From NCBI GenBank assembly GCA_031835245.2, contig JAVKOQ020000088.1, forward strand, positions 124,001 to 185,970: a stretch of DNA of 61,970 nt, read 5' to 3'. The DNA comes from Balamuthia mandrillaris (Eukaryota). The notes beneath the pieces were generated by a model. The model did not search any database and was not told the DNA's origin. It worked only from the letters and a program-made list of their open reading frames with translations. The translations under genes and the position numbers were made by a program. This document shows positions 34,384-46,905 of this stretch, in pieces; the first letter of the stretch is position 1; the number at the start of each line of letters is the position of its first letter.

Positions 34384-35904
34384 ATGAAACATTACACTTG
34401 TGTGTGTATTTTGCTTGCTACTTTTTGTATTGTAGTATTTGGTCAGAATTATTCTGACATGGTATGGCAAAATACATTGTTTATCAACTTTGAAAGTCCT
34501 ATTTTAGAAGATTATTTTGGTATGGCATGTCACCCAACTATTGAATTTGTTAGAAGAAACCAGTTCACTCTTGACTGGTGGGCCATTCGCAATATACTTG
34601 ACACCGGCTCATATGGTGCCTTTGTGCTTGCTGGTGGATACCGTGTGATAGATGATCCCTCTGTAGAAGGTTACCCTCTTGTACCTGAAACCAGACGTGG
34701 ATTTATTGACCTTATTGGCAACACTGGGGCTGCAAATGCCATTGATAAATGGAAGTCAATCTTTGACAGTATTCCAGATCAACCATGGACATCAACTTTC
34801 ATAAACTCTCAGGCTGTAAACCAGATACCAAGGTTTTCTGCTGAAGGCTGGAAGTATTATTTAGGTTCCACCACTGGCGGTTTTGTTGCTAAAAGCTCCC
34901 AGCCTTACTTTGAATGTGCCAACTCTCCGAATGCTGCACACCAAGGAAGGTGTCCTCGCTATTCCCTCTTTTACTCCTACACCCCAAAAATTGCCACCCT
35001 CCTTGATGGCACAGGCAAAGTCAACCTTGCGTATAACCTTCCAGTGATACCTGCAATCTGGGGTCTTGCCCCTGCCCCTCCCCCATCGTCAGATGACAGA
35101 CCAGAACGTACCTCAAACTGGCCTCTTAACCCTGCAACTGATTGGATCTGGGACCATGACACAAATAATGCTCGAGAATGTATCTTCTTTGAATTTAATC
35201 TCCGCGGCAACGGGGACAACACCTTTTTGATTGATGCTGGTTGTGGACATGTACACACATTCGATAACCCTCTCATCATGCTTGGAGTAGATGGTCCATA
35301 CTGGATGTTTGGTGCCAGAATCAAAGTTGCGGGTTCTGGGATTAAAACCACAGGTTATATTACTCATGATCAACATACCACTGCTTCTGACGTCTTCAAC
35401 GTGCTGATTGACACCGGTTTGTCCTGGCAAATATACAGCGAGCAAGGTACTATTCTATTGTGTGTTGCTTGTTTGTGTGAATGCAATTGCTAACCACAGT
35501 TGTTTAGACGTGTGGGCTGACTCTTTTGGGGCAGCAATTCCTCAGTCTTCCCAGTTTACTATGACTCTTGAGCCTGCTGAAATTCATAAGGACTCAGCGT
35601 TTAATTCGTTTTCTGTAGAAGTTTGGCCGGGTGATGTTTTCATTCTGACGGACCAACAGTCATGGTACAAAGACAGCCATATTGTATTTGGCTGGGGAAT
35701 GCTTATGGTATGTCTCTTGATTTTATTGCATTGAGAGCATTTCCTCAGTAAACGCATTTTCTGTTACAGCAATCATTCCACAGATTGTCTTTTGCTCACC
35801 CCAGTGCCACTCTTGTTGACCTTTCTGGGCAAGAGATTGGACATGTGACTGATGGCAGGCTAAGGATCATCTACCAAACAACTGTTCCTCCTTCAAACAT
35901 TTAA
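34384..35904 (+). CDS. A1: secreted divergent pepsin-like (family A1) aspartic protease, introns 35447-35507 and 35708-35769
   Basis: Signal peptide; ILDTGS; flap-like YYLGSTTGGFV; AIWGLAP; YWMF; VLIDTGLS; IVFGWG, all in pepsin order; clean GT-AG splicing. Confidence 0.8.
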
Positions 35905-35920
35905 ATTGAAATGGCAGCAA

Positions 35921-36178
35921 TGTTAAATGAGTAGAAGTGTGCAGGGGAAGGGAAACAATGAGTGGAAGGAAAGATGTATATTGTCTTTCTATCTGAATAC
36001 CAACAATAAAGAAGCTCTTTTAACTATAAGAGCAGGAGAAAGGAGAAATAAAATAGCGCTTTGGCTATCAATAAGAGAGAAAGAAAGAGAAAGCATTAAG
36101 GAGGATGACATCGTGTAAATCAGGAAACTAGAAAATAACGAATATGGGGAAAAGGAGCATTGTAGAGAAATTTCAACA
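35921..36178 (-). repeat. Copia 3' LTR (258 bp)
   Basis: Homologous to 32550-32805; TG..CA; adjacent polypurine tract. Confidence 0.85.
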
Positions 36179-37117
36179 CTCCCCTCAATGGGAGCTGGAT
36201 TTTCCTAGCGCCTGGATAGCTCGATGGCTGAGGTCTTTGATATTTGAGCCAGATCACTTCACATGTAGCCCGAGGGAGAGCCATGTATTTTGCTTCGGTG
36301 GCCGAGCGAGCAACGGATGGTTGTTTCTTGCTGTTCCAGTAAACAGGAGCGCCACAGAGAAAGAACATGTAGCCGGTACGGGAGCGTCGAGTGTTCTGAT
36401 CACCAGCCCAGTCAGTCTCAGTAGCCAACGAGTTTCAGAGGATTAAGGAAGGATGTCAGGACGAGTTCCAACCATGTCATACATAAGGCTGCCAACTGTG
36501 CTGCGATGGGGTATCTTGGTGTCCAGAGGGCTTTGGTCGGGTCGTTTCATGAGAAGAACGTTGCCACGGTACAAAGGAGTAAACTGTGAGAAAGATGATT
36601 CTTTGGAAAGGTTGAAGAGTTTGACGATATCATTCGTGTACTTGGTTTGTACTTGGGCTCGTAATCCAACACAACCACAAGAATCGCAAAACCACTCTTC
36701 TTCAACCCAAGGATATATTTCGCTTCACTGAGGTCTTTCATGTCGAAACGTCGATTGATGTAGGCAAGAAGTTGCTTATTCGAGGTGGCGATAAGTAAGT
36801 CATCGTACAGCAAAAAATACCTGCGAGTTCAAAAGGGGCACAAAACGGTCTCCAGTTGGAGGGCTCATTTTCGACCCAAGTCAGAGCGGCGAGTGGGTTT
36901 TGAGACCACAAAGAGATCGGAATGTGCATGTTTTGAGCCAAAAGAGGCTGAAAGGAGGTTGATGTGAGGAGCAAATGAGAGTGTATTGAGACCATAATGA
37001 GAATAAAAGCAAGCAAGAAATGAGAGCGTTTTGAGCAGCAGCATCCTCAGGTCACCTGGTGCCGCTCTTCTCGGTGCTACTTGGTTGGTTGTCCGAAGTA
37101 GGGCGCCCACCGCTAAG

Positions 37118-38242
37118 TCACTTAACTGCCGCTATCTTCCTCTTTCTCCTCTTCGTCTTCTTGTTGGGCCTCGTCCTCATTGCCTTCTTCTTCTTCTTCT
37201 GGCTGTTCCTCATTTGTGTCTTCTTCTTGTTCTTCTTGTTCTTGTTCTTCTTGTTCTTGTTCTTCTTGTTCTTGTTCTTCTTCTTCTTGTTCTTCTTGTT
37301 CTTGTTCTTCTTCTTCTTCTTTCTTCTTTCTTCTTCTTCTTCTTGTTCTTCTTCTTGTTCTTGTTCTTCTTCTTCTTCTTCTTGTTCTTCTTCTTCTTCT
37401 TCTTCTTCTTCTTCTTCTTCTTCTTGTTCTTCTCCTTCTTGTTCTTCTTCTTTTTCTTCTTTTTCTTCTTCTTCTTGTTCTTCTTCTTCTTCTTGTTGTT
37501 GTTCTTCTTGTTCTTCTTGTTCTTCTTCTTCTTGTTCTTCTTCTTCTTCTTCTTGTTCTTGTTCTTGTTCTTGTTCTTGTTCTTGTTCTTGTTCTTCTTC
37601 TTGTTCTTGTTCTTGTTCTTGTTCTTCTTCTTGTTCTTCTTCTTCTTGTTCTTGTTCTTCTTCTTCTTCTTCTTCTTGTTCTTCTCCTTCTTGTTCTTGT
37701 TCTTCTTCTTCTTCTTGTTCTTGTTCTTGTTCTTGTTCTTCTTCTTCTTCTTCTTCTTCTTCTTGTTCTTCTTCTTCTTCTTCTTCTTCTTCTTGTTGTT
37801 CTTCTCCTTCTTGTTCTTCTTCTTCTTCTTCTTGTTCTTCTTCTTCTTGTTCTTCTTGTTCTTGTTCTTCTTCTTCTTGTTCTTCTTCTTCTTCTTCTTC
37901 TTCTTCTTCTTCTTCTTCCTCCTCCTCCTCCTCATCTTCGTCTTCATCTCCATCGCCTTCTTCTTCTTGGTCTTCTTCTTCATATTCATCATTGTCCTCT
38001 TCCGCTTCGTCTTCCTCCTCTTCGTCGTCATTGTCATATTCATCCAGGGGTGGCCTGAGTTCGTCATCTTCGTCGTCCTCCTCCTGTTGTTCAAAAGCTC
38101 CAATGACGTCCTCTTCCTCTTCCTCTTCCTCTTCCTCGTCCTCGTCCTTCTCTATCATCGTTGCCATCTTCTGGACATATAACTCTAGCATCCTCTGGAA
38201 ATACGCCGGGTTTTTCATCACTGGCTGTCTCATCGCCTGCAC
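37118..38242 (-). CDS. Very acidic Glu/Gln microsatellite-encoded exon, possibly the C-terminus of the transposon gene
   Basis: Open 374-aa frame after an AG acceptor near 38243; mostly (GAA/CAA)n. Confidence 0.35.
   Translation of the reverse strand: MQAMRQPVMKNPAYFQRMLELYVQKMATMIEKDEDEEEEEEEEEDVIGAFEQQEEDDEDDELRPPLDEYDNDDEEEEDEAEEDNDEYEEEDQEEEGDGDEDEDEEEEEEEEEEEEEEEEEEQEEEEQEQEEQEEEEQEEEEEEQEGEEQQEEEEEEEEEQEEEEEEEEEQEQEQEQEEEEEQEQEGEEQEEEEEEEQEQEEEEQEEEQEQEQEQEEEQEQEQEQEQEQEQEEEEEEQEEEEQEEQEEQQQEEEEEQEEEEKEEKEEEQEGEEQEEEEEEEEEEEEEQEEEEEEQEQEEEQEEEEERRKKKKKNKNKKNKKKKNKNKKNKNKKNKNKKNKKKTQMRNSQKKKKKAMRTRPNKKTKRRKRKIAAVK
37185..37935 (+). repeat. ~750-bp compound (TTC/TTG)n microsatellite
   Basis: Direct reading. 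Confidence 0.95.
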
Positions 38243-39020
38243 CTAAATCAACCGAGTGCCGAACATAGTGGTTGTGGATGAGCTTGCTTCCCTGTGGCAG
38301 GCAACTAACCCGTGCAACAAAAGAGATATCTGGATGCTTAACTGGCAAGTCCAGCAAAGCATCTGCGGAAGAAGAAAAAATAGAATGAAAAAAAAAAGGA
38401 TCAGTAAACAAACAAAAAGTGATAACATGAAAATATAGAGAAGATGAACGAACTAATAAATATAAAGGTAAAAATAAGTTTAAAAGAGTTAAAAAAAAGG
38501 AGAAAACCTTCCGTGTAGATGTCAAGCTGACTTGTTGGGTCTTTGGAAGCTTGAGAAAATGTGCGAACATGCATCATGGCAAAGTCTCCTCGATCCTTGG
38601 TATGGAGGGTGTATAACTCCAGAAGTTGAGCGAGTACCTTCTCCTTACCGCACCAAAAAAAGAAGTAAGGACGCTTGGAGACGCTCAGATTGGTCCCTAC
38701 AAAGTGAATGCAAGTACGACGGTAAATAGTGAATGGCACCGAACGAACTCTGAACCAGCGCCTAAAGGCTTTGGAGATTGCGTTGTGGTGTTGCTTTTGA
38801 GGCCGGTACCGTTTCGCCTTGCCCCCAAGAGAAAGATAGCGGGTCGTTTGTTGGTTTGAGGAAGATAGTTTGTGACGTGAAGACGGAATGAGAGTGAACT
38901 GAAAAGCTGTATGAAGATGGGCAGCAGAATGCTCCTATTGAGAACGAAAAAAAAAAGAAAACAAAATCAGAACAGAAAAAAAATGGGACCAACAGGAATC
39001 AAACAAAAAAAAACCAAATA

Positions 39021-40940
39021 CTACAAAGCAACCTTGTCCATAACGGTTAATTCTGTTTTTCGTCCATTGCCAGAACGTGCCCACCGCCGAAAGAACTTGT
39101 TTTGTTGCTCCCAAACTGAGGTATCGCCGCTTCCAACAAACTCCAAAGAGTGGGAAACATGATCAAAAAGTTCAAAGTATGGGAAGAAGAGATTAAACTC
39201 GATGTTGCTGTTGTTGCCTTTCCCAAAAAGCTTGATTGCAATTTGCCTTATCTTCTTCCCGTAGAGTGGTAGCTGTTGATGGAGAACTCGAGATGAATAG
39301 TAACGGCTGACAAGGATGTTGCAGTAGAGGGAGAGCAAACACCAAAAGCGATACGCATCTTGGTCGTCAAAAAGACCCAACATAATGGCCGGACAGATTT
39401 GTAGAAAGGAAGAAAGAGGGGCACCATCGCCAGGGATGAACAGGTTGTGGTGCTTCTTGTTGTTGCAAATCCGAATAAGACCCCGCAAACCAGGAAATCT
39501 GGGATAACTGGTGATTCGAGCGTTGATGACTCCCATCAATTCTTTGCCGTAGCGTAACACGTAATATTCCAAAAATCTGAAATAAACAAAACAAGCGGAT
39601 GAAAGGGAGAAAGCAACGGACGAGTGAAAAAGTTAAAAAAATGAGCGATCATAAAAAGAAAACAAAATACTGCACTTGAAAGACAATACACGGTCCGTCA
39701 TGCCAATATTCTTGAGTTGCTTCCTGGCGTTCCCGATGTTTTTTTTGTCTTGATCCTCTGGACAAGCGCTGACTGTTGTTTGAGGAGAGAGTGTCCTACG
39801 TCCGGGGTAAGGGGCAGTGCTCCAGTCCAAGGTACAAAACTCACGCGCGGGTACGAGGGAATACTTGCTCGGATACAAACCGTTCGGGCCGACAACGCCC
39901 ATCAGTGCTATCTGGCCCATGTGGTCGCCCTCCAGAGAGAAAAGAGACCCGATGACGTCGGTCTCGCCTCCCAATGCATCTATCCGCATCCGAACACCCT
40001 TTTCCAGCTTCCGCAACGGCTGGACCACGACCAAATCAACAGCTTCCATTACATCAGCATCTGACGGGAGGAGGGCAAGGAGGCGGCGTCGGGGCTTCTG
40101 CGAGGGCTTGCTCCAATCCAAGTTGCACATGGTAAGGCAAATGCTCGTCACGCTGGTGCTCTTGGTCTGCTCCATTCCATCCACCCACACAGAAGGCATG
40201 ATGAGGGTGTACGGCTTGCCAGCTTTTCTTCCTCCTTTTGAGCTGCTTGTACTGCTTCCAGCCTTTTGTGTGCCACCGATCCTCCACCGTTCCCTCGTTC
40301 TCCTCATACGTCCAATGCAAATCTCCATCCGCAGAGTTGAGCAGGTCCTCCGCCACTTTGAGGATGTCCTGGTACTCGATTTCCACAAGAGGTTCATCGG
40401 TGCTTTTGTTGCTGCGCGTTTTCTGGCTCTTTTTTGCTGAAACCGTGCCAGTAAGTTGGAACTGCGGAGGAAGCAAGGAAGCCTTCACCTGATCAAGAAG
40501 GTAGGCAGTCGGTGGTAGCAGAAACGAAGAAGACTGTTGAGCACAAGCAAACATATGCAGCAACCACTGTTTCAGTGAGGTAGAAAGATTGATGATCGTA
40601 AGTCGTTGATGACGCACGCTACAGTAAAACAACCGCACCAAGTAAGCAACCAAAGAAAGGCGCTAGATAGACCGAAAAAAAAAAGATTTAAAGGGGAGCT
40701 CACCGCGTTTTCTTCGCGAATGGATTTCTTTACGTTGGTTATATGCTTTGTTGTTTTACAGTGTCTTTCCCAATAGTGGTGACGGACAAAACAGTCACAA
40801 TGAGTGCACAGCCCATAATCATCAGCGTCTTGCTGCAGCAAAAAAAAATAAATAAAAAATGAGAACACAAGAACCACGATTAGCAAAGAGCAAGGGGTAG
40901 TAAAAAACAAACAGCAATAATAAAATATTAACCAGAACCT
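39021..40940 (-). pseudogene. EnSpm/Plavaka-like transposase, spliced, with at least one frameshift near 40225
   Basis: Zn finger CTHC..HCKTTKH; IEYQDIL; SVWVDG..LTMCNL..RLLALLP..LEKG..EGDHMGQ; C-terminal DHVSHSLEFVGSGDTSVWEQQNK. Confidence 0.6.
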
Positions 40941-43410
40941 CCATCCTTCAAAAATTCACACAGCCACCACCGTCAATCAAGCGGAACCGTCCCTCTTTTC
41001 TTCGATCAAGCATCACACGGTTATTCTTCCGCTACGTTCTTTCCCGTCAGTAAATCAATGGTTTTTTTGTCTCTCAAATTCAAAATTCTTCTTGGAATAT
41101 TTTTAGAAGTAAAATTAGCAGATGTGGCCTAGTTTTTGTTTCCATCTGTTTTTGAAAGCACGTTTTCTCATTTCAGCATTGCACACAGGAACAGTAGAAG
41201 GGAATCTTGAGAGACGGGTCGCCAAGCTCGAGCAGGAGCACACAGTGTTGCTACAAGAATATAGCAACTAAGAGAGGTAGTGCCACACATTCCTTACCGA
41301 GCAGCATGCAGAAGGCAACAACGACCCCCGCCACTGGCAACGTGAGAGCACTCACTTTGTGGATTTGGCCTTCCAACAAGGAACTCCACTACCTTCGCTG
41401 TGTCGCTTCGATGGGCAGCCCTTTGCCCGCTAAAGGCAAACACTTTAACAAATATCGGAGGGCCCGACTCGTTGCCTATTGGGAAGAGCTGTTTGCTGAA
41501 GGAAGATAGCAGCAATAATAAGCAACAAGAAAAAGAGACAGACAACCCTGGAGGATGATGAGGGCGATGAATGACGGAAGAAGAGAAAGAAGGGACCTGG
41601 TTCCGCAACATCGCAAGCCAAAAAAAAAGACAGCTGGCTGTCGTGACATTCCGTTGGAGAGGTTTGTGTTTCTTGTTTTTTTTTTATCCTTTGGTTTACA
41701 TCTTTCCTGCTTTTTTTTTTGCCTTGCCTTTGTTTTTGCAGTGATTCTTTTGATGATGATGACGATGATGCCCTTGCATCGCTGAGTATGTCTTTGCCTT
41801 CACCAAAGTCTTGCCGCAGCAAGGGAAATGAGGTGCGACCCAACGGCGAGGTCATCCTCTTGCAAAGCGAAGAACAAACATCCTACCCCTTCTGTTTCTT
41901 CGCCGCGCAAAGCCAGAGCGAAGAACAGGCGTTCCAGCGTTCCTTCCCTCACGCCTTTCCCTTTCCCTTCTCCTTCTCCGTCAGATGAAGAAGAAACTAC
42001 GTCGCCTCTCACATCTGGCACTTCTTCACTCCGCAGAGACTGCGCGAAGGACCGCCAGCCTATCACGCCTTCACCCCGTGTGCCGCAACCATCAAAGGAT
42101 GAAGGGATTTCTGATAATGAGGAAACCGAGGAGGAAGATCTCAGCACTCCTTCCTCCCCGCCCTCTCCTCCACCCAAACCACCCAGCCAGCTCCATTCCA
42201 AACCTACAACCTCCACCCCCACCCCCAAAAGAGGCTCAAGGTGCTATGAGGGATATATCTCCAACTGCCACCACCAAGCTTGCCACCAAACAGTCGAAAG
42301 TGGCTTCCCAAACGGATACCACCACCATTGCCACCGCCACGACAGCTGCTGCAACACCTGGGCCTCCTGAGGCAGATGCTCCCATCCGCAGGTCCAGAAG
42401 AACGAGGCGACCAAAGTCAGCTTGGTGAGTGTTTTGCCTCCTCCTACAGCGCTGCTCGCATTCGCCTGCCTTGTTGTCTGTTTTAAAAAAAACTCCTAAT
42501 GACACTTTAGTTGCACTGTAAATAAAATCCTTTCATCCACACGGCCTGTTTTTTTTTGTCCACCAACCCACTATGAGCCCCTTCTGAGAATCCAGTCTCA
42601 AACTCCGCACAGACTCGCCTCACCCCCTCGTTCATGGAGCCCTTTTTGTGCGCTTTTTGGTTTTTCCTCTCGCTTAGCTTCGTCCATCTCTCTTGGTTGA
42701 GCCTCTTTTGAGCCTTCGCCTCAAATCAGCCTCCATTTCGGCTCAATTTCACCCGCTTTTTTTGCTGCGATCTACGTAAAGGGCGATGATGCATTTTTCT
42801 CGGCCTTCAAACTTAACATAGATACACTGATCCGCCGAGGATTGCACGAAGCCGAGACTCTCGAGAAACTTATCGATGACATGGTTCCAGATTCTTGGAG
42901 CTTGCTTAAGGCCGTAGAGAGAGCGTTGGAGACGCCATACCCAGTCTGGATGCTCAGGATCGACAAAGCCTTCCGGTTGTTCCATGAAGATTTCCCCATC
43001 GAGAACGCAGTAGAGAAGAAAGGCAGTGTTGACATCCATCTGGTGAAGCTCCATGTCTTCAGAGATGGCTATGTGAAGAGGATCCGAAGCGAGACGAGCT
43101 TAGCGACTAGAAATTCTGCATGTGAAGTTGTCGTCGAGGTAGTAGAAGAGCGAGAAGAGACCGCTTCCTTGTTGAAGGACGTCAATGCTGGTACGTAAAT
43201 TATCTTCCTGCTTCTTCCGATTCAGGTGGCGAGGCTTGGGCGAGCAGATGACGACGGTGGTGGCCCCTCTCAACAACTCTGCTCCTCCAGCATCGTTGTG
43301 AGGGGGGTCACCGTTGTAGCCGTTGGATCCGGGGGAGGAAGAGTAGCACTGTTCGGAGAGATTGCGTGAGGTACGGTTTTAGCAGGACTTGCAGAGGTCT
43401 TGGAGCCGCC

Positions 43411-43661
43411 TGACCTGTTGCACAACCTTAATTTTCCAACAAAACAGTTTTTTTTGAACCAACACAACAAAAACCACAGCAAATTTTTTGTTTTGAGTGT
43501 TCTCAGGGCTCCTAAAGTACCGCGTTTTTGCAGGGAACGCCAGGTTTGGCTCCTAAACTACAAAAGTTTACACTTTTGTGTTAAACAACAAATCTGTTGA
43601 AAAAATTCAAAGGGGAGCAGCAATTCGTTTCCAACAAAAGTTTGTTTCCTGAAACAGGTCA
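43411..43661. mobile_element. ~250-bp MITE-like insertion in Copia pol
   Basis: TGACCTGTT...AACAGGTCA inverted ends, flanked by GCC on both sides; AT-rich, with internal CCAACAAAA repeats. Confidence 0.55.
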
Positions 43662-45288
43662 GCCTGGGACATCGTCGTCGTTGTCACTATCGTCATCATC
43701 ATCACCAGGGTAGACAATTATGTAGGGACTGTCGTCGATGGGAACAGGATTGCTTGCCACAAAGGTAACAACCTTGCTGACAACAATCGATTATGTTGCC
43801 TTGTTGTAGAGACGATAGGCTTTGGCTCCTGTTTCAGGACCGAGGTAGATCGTTTCTTTGGCGCAAGGGGCAAGCATGTTTCGTTGGGACTTCGGGACAT
43901 GCACAAAGGCAGAACAACCGATTGTACGAAGGTGAGCGAGGGAAGGTTTCTTTCCGGACCAAGCTTCTTCAGGCGTGATGTTGCCATCAAGCGCTGAGGT
44001 GCTCACACGGTTCCTTATGTAGTTTGCCATTCGAACTTTCTTCTGCCCAGAATTGGTCGCCCAGTTTAGCTTGCTGAAGCATGCAACGTGCTGCTTCCAT
44101 GAGGACACTGTTCTTGAGCTCGGCGACGCCTTTTTGATGAGGAGCATTCGCTGCTGTCCTTTGCTATTTGATACCGAGTGCGTTGAGACGTTCCTTGAAC
44201 TTTTTGCTGAGATATTCTCCTTGGCATGGAGGGACATCCGAGAGAGTTTTGCTTCTGCAACCGCTGCAGAATTTAACGCCGTTAAACGAGGAGAGGTAAC
44301 TGACGGAGAGAATGGAGGCTGATATGACCGAAACGTCGATGCCAGAGTTCGAGGGGCGTGGGCTGCCGATATGCTGGAGTGTTGGTGGGATGCCGCGAAG
44401 TAGAGGAGAGAGGCTCTTTGGAGGAGCTGAGAGCTTGCAAAGTAAGCGTAGGCGTGACGATCTTTGATGACGTGATAAGCACGGACCAAGTAGGTGTGTT
44501 CCGCTTGGGTGGTTCTGCTGTTCTTCCAGTATGACGCCGGTGTTCAGGGCCTCGTCCACTGAAGATGAGAAGAGAGTTGCTAGAGCGTAGAGTCGTCATT
44601 TTGTGTGAGAGTCACAGGCCCATAACCTGTTATAGAGTAGACGAAAGAAACAAGCAGAGGAGGGGTGGAAGGACATCGTTGCTAATGAGGGCAAGTGGAT
44701 TACCAAAGACCTCCAAACACCAACACATAGTGCAAGACTGGTTATGTTCTGACATAGTGTGACCATAAGTGACGTTTTCTTGATGTTGTTGCCACCTTCA
44801 GTACTGGAGGGAGTATGTCTAAAAGAGCTTGGAAAGCACAAGATGGTCTTCAACAAGAAAAAGTACCAAAGCTTTTCAATCCACATTTTCCTGCATACTC
44901 AACAGTATCCAATAGAGGAAGGACAATATTATAATAATGTAGTCTGGTTGCTGGCCTTCTGTTTTGATGAGTAATGTTGAAAATAGTAGCTTCTTTTCAA
45001 CTCCTTTTTCTAAGCTCTAAGCCATTACTGCTACTTTGGTTATTTGACTATTCTTTTTTTCCTGCCCATTGGTCTAAGTAATCCAGCTTTGCTGCTCAGT
45101 GATAAGATGCAAAGTTGACCTACTTCATCTAGGTAGTTCAATAGTAAGGCTGCTTTTTTTGCTGTACACTGCATCAAAGCATATAGCTGAGTATTAAGGT
45201 TATCAGAAAAAGAGAACGCATAATGACATTATGTAAATCAGGGAATTAGAGTAGTGCCATGCATCAACCTGGCCTTGGGTCGTGCCAA

Positions 45289-45337
<49 letters not shown>

Positions 45338-45579
45338 ACGCTCACAAAGGAGAGTGTCAAAGAATGCAACAACGATCTAACAGCAGTTGGAGAAAGTTAT
45401 CAACAAAGCTCGTTGCCTATGGAAGACACGGGACGCATATCTTTTAACCACGTGTGATCCCCCCCCCCTTCATCCTACGCCCGGAGAGAGAGAGAGAGAG
45501 AGAGTTCTCTCCTCTTGAGGAGAGTCCCAAATTATAATGGCGCCATTATAAACCAGTGAGAGTGAGAGTAATGTGAATA

Positions 45580-45745
45580 ATATGGATGATACGGCATGAG
45601 GCCTGTTGAGGGGAATGATTTGAATGATGTGACATGAGACTTTTAATGTGAATGATAAAATGATATGGCATGAGGCCGTGTGGTATAAATGATGTGAGAC
45701 TATGAATGATATGTGGCAAGAGGTCACTTGATGATATTTGGTTTG
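45580..45745 (+). repeat. Degenerate tandem ATGATATGGCATGAG-like motifs
   Basis: About five copies, e.g. ATGATACGGCATGAGGCC, ATGATGTGACATGAGAC, ATGATATGGCATGAGGCC. Confidence 0.55.
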
Positions 45746-46330
45746 ATTGCACTGTGTATTGCTTGTTCAAATGGTCTCTGTGATTATTATTTGTTGTAGT
45801 GTATTAATGATTGGTTTGAGTTTATGCTTCAGTGCATTTCTAAATCTAGAGCACTGGGGCTATAGGGCAAACACAGACTGGACAACCAAAAACAGAAAGA
45901 TAACTTTTCATATACTTGGCACTGTGAAAAGTCTATTTAAGCAATATTCTTAAGTCTGTTTTTTCTTGATTCTTTTTTCTTTTCTATTCATGTGAATTAT
46001 TCTTGGCTGCTGTTCATGTCTTTCTTTGTTTCTTTTTGAGTGAATTCTTGTTGGCTGCTGTTCGTGTCTGTTGAGTAACGTGGTGAATTTTCGTGGAGTG
46101 AATGCAGAACATCGATATGGATTTATTCAATCTCTTCATGCTGACATAACCAGCAGAAAAAAAAATGGAGGGGTAGCATATAACCCAATAATTTCAACAA
46201 AATACGTTCCTTCAGCTAATACTTTGAAATTATGCCAATCTCCTGGTATTCCAGCATAATAGACCTAAAAAACAAGAGTTTATTCTACTTACTTTAAATG
46301 TGTTTTTCTTTTATTTAAAACACTTGCACA

Positions 46331-46428
46331 TGTTGGAAAACCAACAATTCGTGGTCTATTATGACTTCCTGTCGACACTCTCCCTGGATACCCTAAATGA
46401 ACTCACCCTTTTTTATTTTCCTTTTTCC
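46331..46428 (+). repeat. Element end TGTTGGAAAACCAACA..., inverted copy of 57483-57580 and 57013-57062
   Basis: Manual alignment of GACTTCCTGTCGACACTCTCCC..ATACC with the reverse complements. Confidence 0.65.
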
Positions 46429-46905
46429 TGGATGTCTGAGTACTCCAAAACCAGATGTCTTGTTGTGGTAATGGAGTGAGTTGGTGTGGTAGTGGTGATG
46501 AAGAAGAAAGGCGTTTGCGCTTGAGCCTTTGTGTTAGTGAAGTGTGAGCTTCAGCAGAAGCAAAGCTTGTTATTAAGTTAAACAACTCTTCTGGTAATGA
46601 TTTCAGAATCAGGATATGACTTTACTATATATAAGTCACAGCATGAGCAATGCACAGATAACATTAAGAGAAGGGGTCTGGGAAGTACCTGGATAGTGTA
46701 GCAATTGAGGATTTTTTGGAGGGCATCAGTGCTGTAGAAGGTGTAGAAGGCGTCGTCGGGACGACGTGGTTTCATTCGTTTGTGCGCCAACAATTATCCG
46801 TCGACAAACTTTATCGCATCCATTCATAATAATTATCTTGTTGTTCTCGATAAATATCAAACGGAAGAAAAGATAGAGCAAAGGAGAGAGAGGAGAGAGG
46901 AGGGG

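Larger units (their letters stand above)
36806..42769. mobile_element. ~6-kb CMC/EnSpm(Plavaka)-like DNA transposon nested in the Copia RT
   Basis: TIRs TACAGCAAAAAA / TTTTTTTGCTGCG; splits TAC GTA GAT | GAT GAC (YVDD); inverted subterminal AAAAGAGGCT motifs; internal transposase-like ORFs. Confidence 0.8.
35921..45250 (-). mobile_element. Degenerate Ty1/Copia element with nested insertions
   Basis: 3' LTR 35921-36178 with PPT (plus-strand CTCCCCTCAA); RNaseH DWAGD..RRSRTGY..SKKQ..SATEAKY; RT QMDVNTAFL..SLYGLKQAPR..LYVD/DLLIA; integrase ANYIRNR..TPEEAWSG; LWHRRFGH; PBS 44617-44627; 5' LTR from 44628, right boundary uncertain. Confidence 0.85.

Noticed and set aside
34384..35904. Protease A as a retrotransposon-derived protease
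   Set aside because: Has a signal peptide, two DTG lobes and conserved introns; the neighbouring Copia has its own single-lobe DSGA protease
32550..36178. The two similar LTRs as one element carrying B1/A1 as cargo
   Set aside because: PBS and PPT face outward: 32550-32805 is the 5' LTR of an element extending left and 35921-36178 is the 3' LTR of an element extending right
37031..38246. Long hydrophobic or Ser/Cys plus-strand ORFs that look like membrane or metallothionein proteins
   Set aside because: Alternative frames of a (TTC/TTG)n repeat
45580..45745. CRISPR-like array
   Set aside because: Repeats are short, degenerate and irregularly spaced; eukaryotic context and no cas genes
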